Part shown: piece by piece, positions 38,915 to 53,302 of the stretch
Layout: every line of letters begins with the position of its first letter
Position numbering within the stretch: position 1 is the stretch's first letter
Assembly (NCBI GenBank): GCA_030265395.1
Contig: JARFYF010000094.1
Location: 15,975,103 to 16,039,102 of the forward strand
Reading direction: 5' to 3'
Source: Rhina ancylostomus
Taxonomy: Eukaryota
DNA: 64,000 bases
Position numbers and translations under genes: made by a program
Notes under the pieces: model-generated
Told to the model about the DNA's origin: nothing
What the model saw: the letters and a program-made list of their open reading frames with translations, nothing else
The model's database searches: none

Positions 38915-39530
38915 TGTATGCAGGCCATGTTGTTCACGTGCTCAACACTAGACTCTCAAAACAGATAATCTATTCTGAGTTGTGTCACGGGAAGACAGGA
39001 CCAAGCTGACAGTGGGGGAAAAAATTCAAGGATATGCTGAAGGGCTCCTTGAGAAAATATGGTATCCCCACTGACTGCTGAGAATACCTGGCCCATGATT
39101 GCTCAAAGTGGACAAGGAACATTTGGGATGATATTGGGAACCTTGAGTCTGTACATCAGGAGCACAGCATAGTACTGTGCAAGGACTGCCCACTTGTCTA
39201 CATCATCTGCCCCATTTGTGGAAGAATCTGCAGTTCCCACATTGGCCTCGTCAGCTACATCGGAATACACAAAGCCAGAGGGGAAGCAAGTCATCTGCAA
39301 TCCTGNNNNNNNNNNNNNNNNNNNNNNNNNNNNNNNNNNNNNNNNNNNNNNNNNNNNNNNNNNNNNNNNNNNNNNNNNNNNNNNNNNNNNNNNNNNNNNN
39401 NNNNNTGTGGAAGAATCTGCAGTTCCCACATTGGCCTCGTCAGCTACATCGGAATCCACAAAGCCAGAGGGGAAGCAAGTCATCTGCAATCCTGACAGAC
39501 TGCATCAGAAGAAGAGAGGATGATGGGAAG
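38915..39530 (+). mobile_element. RTE LINE 3' end with C-terminal zinc-finger-like motif
   Basis: AGHVVHV..TRLSKQIIYSELCHG, FKDMLKGSLRKYGIPTD, LAHDCSKW, CPICGRICSSHIGLVSYIGIH. Confidence 0.85.
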
Positions 39531-40599
39531 AAGAACACTCATGCTAGAATTAAAACTAACTCCTAAAAGAATACAATGGATTACTCAGTATTGTGATATT
39601 GTAGCGACTGGTAAATCACCACAATATAATAGTTTAGACTGGAACACTTGGAATGTATGCATATAACTGAAACTGACTGACTCTTGGTACATATTTTGCT
39701 GGTGGTGGTCAGCAAACCTTTCAGTTCCAAATGTTGAAGTGAGCTATAAAGGATTTAAACATGTTTTGACTTTAAACTTTGAGGTGATCGTGCCCATTGT
39801 AGCTTGCTAAAATATAACTATGGGTGTCAATATCTACCAAAAGTAGAATGATTGAATATTAATCATCTTTACTTGACTACAAAATGTATATGATGACTTT
39901 TAATTGATGACGTACCACACTGTTATGAAAATAAAGTATTTTACTAAATACTTCAAATATTCAGAAGTTATCAAAGACATTTAAGAAAATATTAAAAATG
40001 CACAGTTTATTTGATTTATTATATATGAAATCAAAATCAGAAAAAAAATTGATGTATTTTCATGATTCAGACCAGTTAATTCTGAAAAACCAGTTAAAAA
40101 TGATGCAACTCATCTTGACTGGTTCACACTTTCATGAAAGATTTGTTGTCTAAAAGTGCATCATATCACTAAATGGTGATGTGTCAGAGCTTGTAAGAAC
40201 TGAGGTGGATGGGAAAATTCTTAATGTGTGGTATATATTTGTAACCAATAGTCAGGACCACTGTATTAGTTTTACTTTTAAAAAAGGACCAAGGAATAAT
40301 GCAACACATTTTCCAAAACACTGATTAAAAAAAAATTCAAGAAATATTGACAGAATTTTGTGAATTCAGCTGGCATAAAATTTTTAAGATTCATATAATT
40401 TGCTTGGATTACCAAATTTCTGATGTAAAACATTAAATATTCCAGACCTTCCCATAAGCAAACCAAGTTTAGAAATCGGACAAATGGATATGGTTGAATC
40501 CACTTTCCCTCTGTGAAATAGTGAGTAGAAAGGTCCACCAGTAGCTGTCTAATCCACGTTGGAAATATGCCCAGTAACGTTTTGGTTGTAAAATCTGGA

Positions 40600-40800
40600 G
40601 GCAACAGTTGTGGGAATAAAAACAGTTAATGTTTCAGGTTGATGATTTTGCAAATCTGATGAAAGGTCATTATCGTGAACCTGTCTTTAAGTTGGTGTGT
40701 TTACTCTGTTTTTCTTTCTACAGAAGCTGGCTGACCTGCTGAGTGTTTCCAGCATTTTCTTTTGTTGTTTCAAATTTCCAGCATTTGCAGGTTTTGCTTT
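40600..40800. mobile_element. PLE inverted pLTR pair with decayed hammerhead core
   Basis: gttaatgtttcaggttgatga (minus copy) then CTGATGAaaggtcat...ctgacctgctgagtgtttccagcattt. Confidence 0.6.
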
Positions 40801-40809
40801 TCCAGCAAT

Positions 40810-41150
40810 TAATACTCATCCATAATTGCCCTTGAGAAGATTTATTTTTTGAAAGTCTGCTTGAATTGAAATGTTGTTAGATTGTTAGTTGTGGGAGTTT
40901 GAACCAGTGATGAAGAAGAGATATTGGGACATTTCCACGTCAGGATGGTGTGTGACTTGGTGGAGAAGTTCCAGGTGACAGGAATCTCATGTACCAGCTT
41001 CTTGTCGGTGATTGTATGTACCTCCTACAGCCACAATGTGCCCGTGGTAAAGGGGCTGAGTGCTCACTTTTGTGGAGAGGGTATGGGGAAACTGATTGCT
41101 TTATCATGGATAATGTTGAGCTCTTAGAGATCCGCTGGAGCTGCACTCAT
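40810..41150 (-). mobile_element. CR1/L2-group LINE 3' fragment (same family as 28610-30438)
   Basis: catccataattgcccttgagaag, atttccacgtcaggatggtgtgtgacttgg, ggagctgcactcatcc. Confidence 0.65.
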
Positions 41151-44100
41151 CCTAACTTTTGGCTTATAGGTAATGGAAGGGATTTGGAGAGGTGGGGGAA
41201 TCATCCCTCAAAAATTAATTTGTTATGGTTGCTATGCATAACAATTAAACATGTATCATGATTTAAGACAGATAATAAGTTGCATTTTAATGTAATAAGT
41301 CAAACAATGCTTTGGAAAATAGTTCTGGGAATTCATAACATTGATTTAATTGTCGCTTCCAATTTCTGGCTTAGTTTTTGAGTCCATGGCTCATCTTCTA
41401 TCTTCTATCTTCTGCTAACTTCCCATCCCTTGTCCAGTCACTGGTCTATTAAGCTGCCCAACCATCTGACACAAAACATATTGCCTAGAAGAACCAAGCT
41501 CACTTACTCCAAATGTTTGAATACCGCCACTCTTTCTGCTTTAAAAATCTTTCTGGTCACTTGTCCTATTATTTCCTTAAGTGGTTCAGTGTCAGGTTTG
41601 TTACGTAGTGCTCCTGCAAGGTGTCTTGGGACATGTCAAAATGCTATAATAAAATTGCAGGTTGTTTTTGGCAGTTCTTTGCTCTTCCAGTCTATTCATA
41701 CCCTTGGGCTGGGCATGGCAGAAGAGCAATTAGTATCACTGAAACCATGAAGATAATCATCGAGGTAGATACTAAACATAAAGGAGCCAGCAAAGGTAGC
41801 TGGTTCTGCCATTTAAGCTCCAAGTCTGCACAGGCGTAGTTCCAACTGATTGGAAATTGCCTCTGCAAAGCATCACATTTTCCTGATTCAGTTATACTTG
41901 TTTCTCTCCCTATTGCTTTTTTATTCACCTGCCAGGTTAAAACTGAAGCTTCTGTTCAGCAAAGGACACAGTTTGCACTGCTCCTTGACTAAGGTTCATG
42001 TTTCATTTTAAATAGAATTAGAAATTTCCAGAAGCATTGTAGAAGATAAAACATTAATATTTAGAAAGTTCTTACTTCAAAATCTAGAGATCTGAGCATT
42101 CCATATTTTAAGTACTTCCGATATCTTATGAAGAACTTTGGACATCAGTGGCAATCAGTTTGTATTATTTTAACATAACATCGTGTTTGATATGTAATTG
42201 ATGAACCTTAATTTTATCTCTCTATCTGGACAGATTCAATGCAGATTGGCACTACTGGCTTTGGACTTGCCATTTCATTACACTCACATATGCAGACTGA
42301 CATCTTTGGCTCTGTTCAGTGCAATCAAAATTGAGTCCAATCTGGCAGCAAATGAGCATTTTTGTTTTGGTGGCCAAGATCTTGAGAGAGAATTACAATG
42401 ACCATGCCAATAAGACAGCCCAATCACTGTATAATCTCATTTCAAGGAAGGTTATTTATGTTTCTAAACAGATCTATTCAGACATCAGAGTATAAATCAG
42501 CAAAGCTTTGCAATGAAGTGACATGAATTTCAAGGAACATCTATTGAGGATCACTTTGTATACAATGTTTAACACCATAAATGAAGGTTGTTAGGAAGCA
42601 GTGTTACATTTGATTAATGTTTTCATATATTTCACATAATGGGAACTTTATACTTTACATAAACCTGGTGAATTTTACCCAGTTTCACTACATCTTGGAG
42701 AAAGAACTGCAAATAAAATATTGTCATGGAATCAGTTGCCTTGTTTGAGAACAAAATTTCAAGAGCGCCACAATTTGTCTTCTAAGTTGGCGGTATTTAA
42801 TTCTGAGAGCTCGTGAATGAAGGTGTCTTGCTGGGACTGACATATGGTTATTAACAGTTGATGTAGAAATAGGCAAATGCATGACATATAGCTCTGTTTA
42901 CATGGTACCGTTCATGCTGCTTTGGAGCTGGTTTGGACTTTGTTGGTTCAAAGCAACTTACCATTGTTCTTAAAAGAAACTGAGTGGAGCAATGGGTTTT
43001 GTGCTGATTTGTTCATCAGTCTTGATGTGAATTAAAAGCAATTGATAGGAGGTGAGGATATTGTTGATCTACTGTCTGGTATCTGCATGGTATGACGATG
43101 CCCAATGGCCAGTTTTGAAAGGTTATGGATGCTGTAATAAGCAATCCGTTCCTCCAAACTGGACAACCAAGACTACTCTGGATGCTAGGAAAAGTCAACT
43201 AAGGAAACTTCAACATTAATTTAGAACCAGGTATTTTTCAATATCTAAAAATAGAACATTACTAATGGCAAAACAAATCTCTAAATATGATTTGATTGTC
43301 CTGTCCATTTATCCACTCTTACAAGCTCTTCTTATNNNNNNNNNNNNNNNNNNNNNNNNNNNNNNNTTGAATCCAGGTGGTATACTGAATCTAAACATCA
43401 GATGGACAGGGCTGAACAGTAGAGCACCAGACTGTTGAATGTACACGTCGGGTGACTCAGTGGTGCAGCAGGTAGTGCTGCTGCTGCACAGCTCCAGCAA
43501 CCCACGTTTAATTCTGACCTGCATGGCTGTGAAAGGAGAACAGATGGTACTTATTCCTGGAACATCATTAGTCATTGTGTTAATAGTGGGAGGCAGCTAC
43601 CATCCATTTGTTTTGGTGCTAGTTTCATTTGTACCATCTAAATAGCTACAAGACCTGTTGATGTGGACTGAGGAATGAATTGAGACAATGATACTACTGT
43701 TTTCGTTTGGATGCACTTGGGGAAAATCTTTGTTTAGTTCATTTTTGCTTTTTGTAAGATATATTGCAGTTTTTTTTATCTTGACATCTTAGAAATCCAA
43801 GAACATGCTGAGCCATAAAGCATTGTCAGTCCATCAGACTGGACAAAGTGTTCCCTATGAGCCACTATTTATCTTTACCTCTCATCTTTCTCTTTGGGCA
43901 TTGAAATCTTAGTATCCTTCATATGATTCTAAGTACTAGCAACCTATTTAGCCATGAGAGCTTCCCATGCCTAGTTCTGATCCTGTTCCTTGGGCTATCA
44001 CTTGCAACTGAAGATGGTTAAATAAAAGAACCTGGCCAGTCATTCCATCTACTGCGTGCTGGGAATCAAGGCCAATTAAAGATCGAAGTGGAACTGCTAC

Positions 44101-45039
44101 ATAAGGGCACAAAGATATGACTTCAGAACTCGATGAATATTTCCCTGCTTTTGTATATCAGTACTAACCTGAAAAAGTCTATGTAAACACTTTATAAGGA
44201 AAATATAAGATAATTAGCTAGTGAAAATGGCTATTTTGGAATTTGTAAAAATGTAGATCGAACGTTTCTTAAATGACTCGTCCTAACCAGAGTTGCAGAA
44301 TCTCCTGAGAGAAATAAACCAGGCTAAAGAGAGAAGCAAATCTGGATAATTCCCTTCAGATCACTTTAGATCAAAGCTTGTCCACAAGATCACATGGACT
44401 TGACCTGGAGGGATCCTACGTCTTGTCTGTTGGGATCTCTGTCACAGCTAGAGACAGGCCCAGTTCTCTTTCCTGGCAGCTTAGAATGAATCAATGCTTA
44501 CCTCATGAGCCATTAACCTGTTCTTTACATCTTCCCCTGTTTTCAAAGGAGATAAAATCCACCTTCCATCTAACCTAGCCTAACTTGTAAGAATAATCAA
44601 ACCAATCCAGTTGAAATAAATTGCCCACCTCAACACAATCTGGTGTTTTCAGTAATACGCAAATTACTATCAAACCAATCCTGAGACAACATTTCCGAAA
44701 AGTAAACATGCTCAGCTCATGAAGTCCATCTGGATAGATGAAGTTAATAATTCAGAGCCAATTACTAATCTTTGGGGGTTTTAAGATTGTTCTTAGAAAA
44801 AAAAGGCACAAATAGGTATGTTTTAAATGCATTAAAACAGCTTTCTAGAAACTGACTACAGCAATGTTGAAAGGAAATGTTTACAGTATGTGTAGATTTT
44901 AAAGCCAGGTTAACAAACTTAAAATTGGGTTTCTCTCAAGCTTGTGGACAAGATACTTTGAACAAGTTAACAAGTAACCTTGGGAGGTGCCCGTATTGTA
45001 ATTGGGAAGCCTGTTACTAACGGATACCAGTCAATTGAA

Positions 45040-47360
45040 ACCATGTGTTTTAGCTTGGGCTTTTAAAAAGGTGAGGCACTGAAAGCACGGTAGTCCTTGA
45101 AGTGTGGATTTTGATGAGAAGGTGAACTTCGGTGAGTAAGGGGCAACAGTGAGTGAGGGAAGTAGGAACAATTCAATATTGGATTAGTTTGAAAGCATGA
45201 CGTCAGTGTAAGTCAGGCATTTATTGGTGGGTCATTGGTGAGAATTTCTGACAAATTGCTACTAAAGCTATTAGTACAGGTAGGTGCACTTGCAACATAG
45301 AAGTGGGAANNNNNNNNNNNNNNNNNNNNNNNNNNNNNNNNNNNNNNNNNNNNNNNNNNNNNNNNNNNNNNNNNNNNNNNNNNNNNNNNNNNNNNNNNNN
45401 NNNNNNNNNGGAACTGGGGAAAGAAATTAACAGTTTAGTGAGTATCTGCTAGGTGGTTCAGCTCTATACTCTCCCTGTTGTTTAAAATAGTTCAGAACTG
45501 ATGATATGATGATATAAATAAGAGGCATATACTGAAGGCAGGACAACTGAAGTGTCATGGTTCTGGCATGTTGGAGCTCCTGGACACCAGTGTGATCCAG
45601 GGCAAATACATCTGCCGTAAGTGTTTGAGAGTTGAGGAACTTTGGCTTTGAATCATTAAACTAGAGTGTGTGCTGCCAGTACTGTGACACATTAGGGAAG
45701 GATAATGTTACCTGTATGCTTTGTATCAAGAGGCAGTCATACTCAATATGATAATGTCTTCTGATTTGGTCAGGTGAGTGGTGCCTGTAAGTGAGGCAGG
45801 CAAAAGGATGAAGAATGCAGGAGCCAGACTTTGTGATTTGTCCAATGGGTTTGAGGTTCTTGCAGCATATTTAGATGAGAATGTGGGCTGCAGGATGGAT
45901 GAGCTAATTGCCCATGACACAGTGACACAGGATGCCATTAATGTGGTGGGAGCAAACTACAAGGTAGGGTTTGTAGCTGCATGACAATGAGGAAAACTGA
46001 TGCTGTTCTCTGCCTCAAAGAACAAGCGTCCAGAAATCTGTGTTGACTGCTTGGTGCCACGGTTCATGATATCTGTTCTAGACCAAAGAGGAACTGGTTA
46101 GGAGGGGAAGGATTTATCAACATGATAAATGGAGGCTACCAATGACATAGGACAAAGGAAGAGGTTCTGTCTGGTCAGTATGAAGAACTTAACACCAAAT
46201 TAAGGAGAAGAACCTAAAAGATAATTTCTGGTTTATTGACATGGGACAAACCTGCTATGCCTGCAAATTGGCACGGGACAAATAAGATGAGAGAAGTGAA
46301 TGCATTGTCTAAAATCTGGTGTGATAGAAGTGGATTCCAGAACATGAGCCATGGCCATCAGTATTAGGGAAAGTGTGCTCTGTTGCTTTGGGGCAGTCTA
46401 TACTTGAACTGTGCTGGGATCAGTGTTTTAGTCAGCACATATCAAGAAAAATGAAGGATAGCGAAGTGGCTACCTCCCAGTGCCAGAGACTTTGGTTCAC
46501 TCCTGACCTCTGATGATGTCCTTGTGGAGTTTACATGTTCTCCCTGTGACAATGTGGCTTCCCTCTGGGTGCTCCTGTTTCATCCCAAAGGCATACAGGT
46601 TGGTAGGTTAATTGATCACTATAAAATGTCCTTAGTGTGTCGGCAAGTGGTCGAGTCTGGGGGAGTTCATGGGAATGTGAAGTATGTCTTAAATAAAAAT
46701 GGGGTTTGTGTAAATGGGTAGTTGATTATCTGTGTTGTATACAAAGTTGTGGGCACCAGGGATTAAGATAGGGAAGATACAGTAAATCAAAGAGTAGTAA
46801 CAAATCTAGAAAGAAATATCTTAAAATGGGAACCGATAAACAGGCTGTAACACGAAGANNNNNNNNNNNNNNNNNNNNNNNNNNNNNNNNNNNNNNNNNN
46901 NNNNNNNNNNNNNNNNNNNNNNNNNNNNNNNNNNNNNNNNNNNNNNNNNNNNNNNNNNATGGGAGTAAATCAGAAGATGAGGCTAGGGATTACAAAATGA
47001 AAAGTTTTGCATCAGAATGCAATATTGCACTTAAAACAAAACTGATGAAAAAAGAACAAGCTGAAATAAACAAGTATGATTGGATAGCCATTTCATGGGT
47101 GCAGGACAGCATAAATAGGGACCTGAATATTAAAGGGTGCATAACATTTAGGGAAGATCAAAAATGGTAGATGGGAGGCAATATCAATTAATGATGGTGT
47201 TAGAGCAACACAAAGGGATCACTCAAGTTCAGGTAAACAGAATGCGGAAGGAGTTTAGCTGGAGAAAGTGGAGGTAGTGATCAATCAGCCATGGTCATCT
47301 TATTACATGGCATAGCAGGTTTGAGGGGCTGAATAGCCTACTCAAAATTCACATGTTTGT
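45040..47360 (+). mobile_element. CR1 LINE remnant with 5' region, ORF1 (zinc finger, coiled coil, SGNH esterase) and start of ORF2 endonuclease
   Basis: ELLDTSVIQGKYICRKCLRVEEL (~45570-45640), LSNGFEVL (~45840), LGATVHDI and TNDIG (~46050-46150), VNALSKIWCDRSGF and LYLNCAGISVL (~46300-46430), YDWIAI and DLNIKGCITFRED (~47075-47160); heavily mutated. Confidence 0.8.
46460..46730 (+). mobile_element. V-SINE nested between CR1 ORF1 and ORF2
   Basis: ggttcactcctgacctc (B box), gtggagtttacatgttctccctgtgac, catcccaaaggcatacaggttggtaggttaattg. Confidence 0.85.
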
Positions 47361-47559
47361 ATGATTACAGTGCTCAATTATTGTGATAAACAGATTTTCC
47401 GTTGTGTTAATTAAACTGCACTATTTACCGCTCTTACACATATCAAGTAATAATCGTAAAGGGAAAAAAATATCCAAAATGCACTGGTTTATGGTGGATT
47501 TCGTTTGGCAGTGTACAAGTAAGTTTAAGCAGAAACTCAAAACCAATGTGATATTTGTT

Positions 47560-48780
47560 TAGAACATAGAAGAGTACAGCACATGAACAGGCCCTTCAGC
47601 CCACAGTGTTTGTGCTGCCCATGGTGCCAACTTAAACTGCAGGTGGTCTATATCCTTCAATTCCCTGCCTGTTCATGTGCCTGTCTAAATGCTGCTTAAA
47701 CATTGTTGTTGTATCTTTATCCACTGCCTCCTCTGGCAGCGCACTCCAGATACCTACCTCTCTCTCTGTGTAAACAAAAACATGTCTCATAAATCTCCTT
47801 TAAATTTTCCCACTCTCACTTTAAACCTTTGCCCTCTAGCATTTGACATTTCCATCCTGGGGAAAAAGACTCTATCTACCCTGTCTCTACCTTTCATAAT
47901 TTTATAAACTTTGATCAGGTCACCCCTTAGCCTCTGATGCTCCAGAGAAAAAAAATCCAAGTTTGTCCAACCTCTCTTTATCACTAATATTTTCAAAGCC
48001 AGGCAACATCCTTGTGAATCTCTTCTGCACCATCTCCAAAGGTTCCACGTCCTTCCTGTAATGATGTGACTGGAATTGCACACAATACTCCAAATGTGGC
48101 CTGACTGAAGTTTTATACAACTGCAGCATGACTTCATGACTTTTATACTCCATATCCCAACTAATGAAAGCAAGTATTCTGTATGCCTTCTTTACCACTA
48201 TATCTACTTATGTTACCACTTTTAGGGAGGTATAGACTTTCACTCCAAAATCCCTGTATACATCAATGCTTTTAAGGGTATTGTATACTTTCTAGATTAA
48301 ACTCCATCTGCCACTTCTCTGTCCACATTTCCAACTGGTCTATTATCCTGCTAAATTTTTTGACAACCTTTCTCACTATNNNNNNNNNNCTGCCAATTTT
48401 TGTGTCATCTGCAAACTTACTAATCAGCTCGCCTACATTTTCATCCAAGTAAATTGTATATCACCCGCAAACAATAGAGGTCCCAGCAGTGATCCTTGTG
48501 GAACACCATTGGTCATAGAATTCCAGTCAGAATAACCCCCCTCTACCACTGACCTCTATGGCCAAGCCAAATTTGAATCCATTCTACCAAGTTTCCATAC
48601 GCCTTCATCTTTTGGATCAGCCAACCATGAGGGACCTTGTTGAAAAGTTTACTGAAGTCATTGGATACAAATATCCACTACCCTACCCTCATCAACCATC
48701 TTTGTCATCTCCTCAAACTCAGTCAGATTTGTAAGATATGACCTGCCCGGCACAAAGCCATGCTGACTATCCCTAATGCA
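47560..48780 (-). mobile_element. CR1 LINE, RT domain to 3' tail
   Basis: VKKAYRILAFIS..YKSHEVMLQLY..VRPHLEYCVQF; gtgtcatctgcaaactt (KFADDT); tgttccacaaggatc (GVPQGS); tail tagaacatagaa. Confidence 0.93.
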
Positions 48781-50879
48781 TCTATGCTACACCCCAGTGG
48801 TGTCCAAAGTTAAAACTCTGTCCAATATTCTGTTCTTTTAGTGTTAACTGCATAAATTGCTATTGATTGAGCATTGTATGTATCATGAAGATGCACTAAT
48901 GATATAGACTATTTTAATATCCTCATCTTACTGCAGGACCTCCTATTCTTGGGGAACTGTTCCATAGCCCAGTACAGTATTTGATGGTTGACTGACATAA
49001 CAAGAGACCTTCTTCATCTTATTACCACAATTATCAACTGTCCTCTCTTCCATTAACCTTTTAGCTGATCTACTGACTACCTTTGTTTCCTTGTAATTTA
49101 TGTTCTTGTTTTGTTGTGTAAATACCACATTCACTCCCATCGATTACTTTCCTGACAAAAAAGCAGAAGTAAGTGTTTGACTGTTCTCAACTCCAGTAAT
49201 TTTCTCTGATACATTTGAGCAGATGGAGGGATCTCATTTGACAGAATTGAAAATATTCTTAAGGATGTAGGATTTCTATTTGCCAAGATGGTGTTGGTAA
49301 AAGCTAAATAAATGGCTATTGAGGGTCTGTTGATTGCTTCATCAAATCTGTACATTTAATAGATGCATTTGTCTTATGGCTTGTTTATTGATTAAAAGTG
49401 TCAAAGTGTAAATCTGTAAATTAAGGTTGTGTGCTAAAATACAAATGAGTATACAAATCAAATGTACTTGTTCATTTGTGCCAGGAGGACCATAAGTCAA
49501 ACCATTCGAGTCCATCCTTGAGAATGAATTAATTCAGTTTTTTTATATTTATTTGTTATTTCCCCCTCTTTCGCTCATCCTGCCATACTGTGTCTGGACT
49601 ATTGACTCATTGCTTGGGTAAGGTTCCTCCTGACTTTGCTAAGTGGCTATTATTGATGTGTGGGTCTTTGCAGTAAGCACTGACAAGGTATTCAATGTTG
49701 ATGGAACCACAACCAAGTCTGATTCGATCCTCTAATATTTGCAGAGAGATCATGGATTGGGAGTGGGAGGCATGAAAATTTATTGTGGATGGACCTCAGT
49801 GATAGGGGGACTTTTTATAGCACCCCTACCACTGACAGAGATGGAATCTGGAATTTTCTGTATATGTGTTGCTTTGTTTACTTACTGGATAAGCTCCATT
49901 CCCTATTCACGATCTTAAATACAGAAGTATAACGAGCAAAAATTGACCTTGATTTTTTTAAAGAATGCTACGTGCACAATACATCATCAATTTTTCAAAT
50001 CTGAGTCGAGTCCATATTGGCGAATGTTCCTTGAGTAACCAAAATCCAGAAGCATTGTTAATGCATTATGTTTATATTTTTAACATGTCAGACTTTGATA
50101 TTGAATCATTGGCACTGTCTGCTGCACAGTACTTACAGTGTAGCTGTTTGGGACATGATGTGGGTTATTAAACAAAGTGCCTGCTGATGAGAGAGGCAGC
50201 TGGGTGGATACTGACTGCTCTTGAGGAATGCAATGGATTGCACACACTGTGCTGGGAAAAAATCAAAAGCTGAAGCCAATATCTGAACAGAATTAACTAT
50301 TTTATACTTCAAGCCAAGTAACTAGTCAGAATTTCATTTACAAGACTGTGAAACAGTCAATTACTTGCCCCCCCCCCAAAATGCTAACTTAGTCCAGCAA
50401 ATATCCTATACAATTTAATCCTGATGCTATTGGCTGAATCAGAGAAACTTTCTACTTTCCAGACCAAATACTCTCTAGTGGTGACATTGATGCATCAATA
50501 TTTTATTAACATAATGATTGGTCATTTTTCAATGAAATACCCGAAGTACAACTCCATTTTAGAAGTGGCTTTAAACACTGAATTCAGAGCTAATGGAAAG
50601 ATCAAATTACATAATTTGACAATTGCAGTGGCTTTGTTGAAGTAGCAGATGTGAAAATATGTTAACTAATGGATTAAATGTTTATCAGAAATATTGGTTA
50701 AAAATTAAGTTTAGGACCTTTGTGTTAAAGTTGTGGCATCTTCATTGGTCCAAGAAAAAAAGCATTGAAGCTGTCTCCAATGAATAAGTTAGATTAAAAT
50801 GATGATATTAAGGGGAGGAAGATGACAGAGAATTGTGTTGTCCAGACACATAAATAAATTTCAGCTTGGTACAATTCCC

Positions 50880-53260
50880 AGCCTACATTTAGCAGGCATT
50901 AACCCCCATAACCCTGGATTTCCCTGTAGTTCAAAAATCTGTTTTGTGTGGATGTAGATGTATAATATATTCAATGATTTTGGCCTCATCAGATCTCTGG
51001 CATGGGAATTTCAAATTATGGCACTCTGAGAGAAGGAATTTCTCCTTTTTACCATAAATGGCAGACCCCTTATTGTGCAACAATGTACCCCAGGTTTCCA
51101 GCATGAGAGAGAAAAATATTCTCTCAGCATTTACCCTGACAAACCCTCTCAGAATCTCTCATTCTTCAATGAGATCACCTTTTACATTCCCAAACTGAGT
51201 GTGGGCCCAATTTGCTGACTTTCTTCCTGTACCAACCGGTTCATCCCAGCAATCAACCCAGTGGACCTTTTCTGAATTGCCTCCAGTGCAAATATATCCA
51301 TTTTTAAATGTGATCAAACCTGTATGCAGTACTCAAGGTGTGGTCCAGTGCAGTTGTTGCACAACTTCCCTACTTTATTGCAAAAGGAGTTTAAAGACCA
51401 GCATACCATTTGCCTTCTAATTACTCAGTGTGCCTTCTTGCAAACTTTCTTTTCTTCATGTTTGAGGACCCAGGTCCTTTAGTATAGCAGCACTTTGTAC
51501 CCTATCTCAATGTTAACAATATTCTTTTATATTTTTCTAGCCAAACTGGATTATCTTGCATTTCTCCACATAATAATCCATCTCCAATGTTTTTGCCCAC
51601 TTGTTTAATCCATCAATGTCACTTTGTCCTCTTCACAACTTGCTTTCCAGCCTGTCTCTATATTGCCAGCAAATTTGGCTGTAATCTACTTGGTGCCATC
51701 ATGCATATCAATTAAGATAAAAAATATAACTACTTGAGTTCCCATTACATCCCCATGGTGTCCCATGAGTTACATGTTGCCAATCTCAAAAAGACTCAGT
51801 TATCCTGATTCTGTTTTCTGTTGGTTAACCAGGCCTCTTTTCACATATTATCCCCAACACCATGAGCTCCTGCTGTACGCATTAACTTGCTAATTGTCAG
51901 TGCCTTTCAGAAATCCAAATTCATTATGTCTATTGGTTCCCTTTTTTCCATGCTGCTCATTGCATCTTCAAAGATCTCTGGTAAATTTATCAAACATGGT
52001 TTCCCTTTCAAAACAATCATGTTGACTACGCTCTATTGAATTATTTTCCAAATGTTCTGCCATTTCTTATGGGATTCCAGGATTTTCCCAATCAAGGAGG
52101 ACGATTTAACTGGCTTATAGCTTCCTGATTTTTCTTCTCCATAAGAACATCAGAAATAGAAGCTGGAGTAGGCCATCTGGCCTGTTGAGCCTGCTCCACC
52201 ATTTAATAAGATCATGGCTGACCAGACCATGAACTCAGATCCACCTACCTGCCTTTTCACTACAACCCTTAATTTCCCTACAATGCAAAAATCTATCTGC
52301 GTCTTGTATTTAATGAGGTAGTCTCTACTGCTTCCCTGGGCAGAGAATTCCACAGATTCATTTCTCTCAGTTTCTCCTCATCTCCATCCTAAATCTATTC
52401 TCTGGAATCTTGTGGTTATGTCCCCTAGTTCTTGTCTTGCCTACCAGTGGAAACAACCTTCCTGCCTCTATTTTATCTACCTCTTTCATAATTTTACATG
52501 TTTCTATAAGATACCATCTCATTCTTCTGAATTCCAGTGTGTTTAGTCCCAGGCAACTCAATCTTTCCTCTTAGACTGACCCCTTCATCTCCAGAATCAA
52601 CCTGCTGAACCTCCTCTGTACTGCCTCCAATGCCAGTATATTTTTCCTCAAGTAAGGAGACCAGTACTCCAGGTGTGACCTCACCTGTACCCTGTAGAGT
52701 TGCAGCATAACCTCACTGCTCTTAAATTCAGTCCCTCTTGCAATGAAGGCCAACATTCCATTTGCCGCCTTCATAACCTTTCTTGAATAGGGAATTATAT
52801 TTGTGGTTGTCTAATCAGCTGGAATTTTCCAGAACCAAGGGAAATTTGAAAAATCACAGACAATACAGCCACTATCACTGTATCCACTTCTCTTAAAGTG
52901 GAGCATGCAGGTCATTAGGTCCATGGAACTTGCCAGACTTTAGACTCATTAGTCCGGCTACTACTTTTTCAATAGTGATAATAATAGTTTCAAGTTCCTT
53001 CCTCTCCTTTTGCTTCGGATTTTCTACTGTTATTGGAATACTTATTATATCTTCTAGCCTGAAGGAAGATATAAAATATTTGTTCAAATTCTATGCTAAT
53101 TCCCATTATTAATTCCCCAGTTTCATTCTCCAAGGGGGCAATGTTTACTTAAGGTGCTTTCTTCCTTTTTATGTACTTCCTCTCCCACTTTAAGTGATTT
53201 GTGTGTCTGAACTACTAATGTCTCTCTGTTCTTCTTTATTTAAAAGACGGTGAACGTTTC
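50880..53260 (-). mobile_element. Older CR1 ORF2 remnant, interrupted at 52141-52777
   Basis: gtgccttcttgcaaac, cagcaaatttggc, gcctttcagaaatccaaa (DF.KA), and MNKYFISSFRLED...LKSGKFHGPNDLH. Confidence 0.75.
52141..52777 (-). mobile_element. Younger CR1 3' fragment nested in older CR1
   Basis: KAANGMLAFIARGTEFKSSEVMLQLY, LEFRRMR..LIET, KTRTRGH; tail ataagaacatcagaa. Confidence 0.9.
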
Positions 53261-53302
53261 TTCTTCTTTCTCCCAAAATGTATCATATTTCACTGCTGTA
53301 TG

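Noticed and set aside
39217-39495. ~90-bp direct repeat duplicating the RTE zinc finger
   Set aside because: Copies abut both sides of a ~100-N gap and differ by one base; probably an unmerged contig overlap or haplotypes
49082-49151. Possible minus-strand exon KVIDGSECGIYTTKQEHKLQGNK after a good acceptor
   Set aside because: Weak donor (GTAGTC); resemblance to ADAMTS VIDGT.C is limited to a few residues; no partner exons
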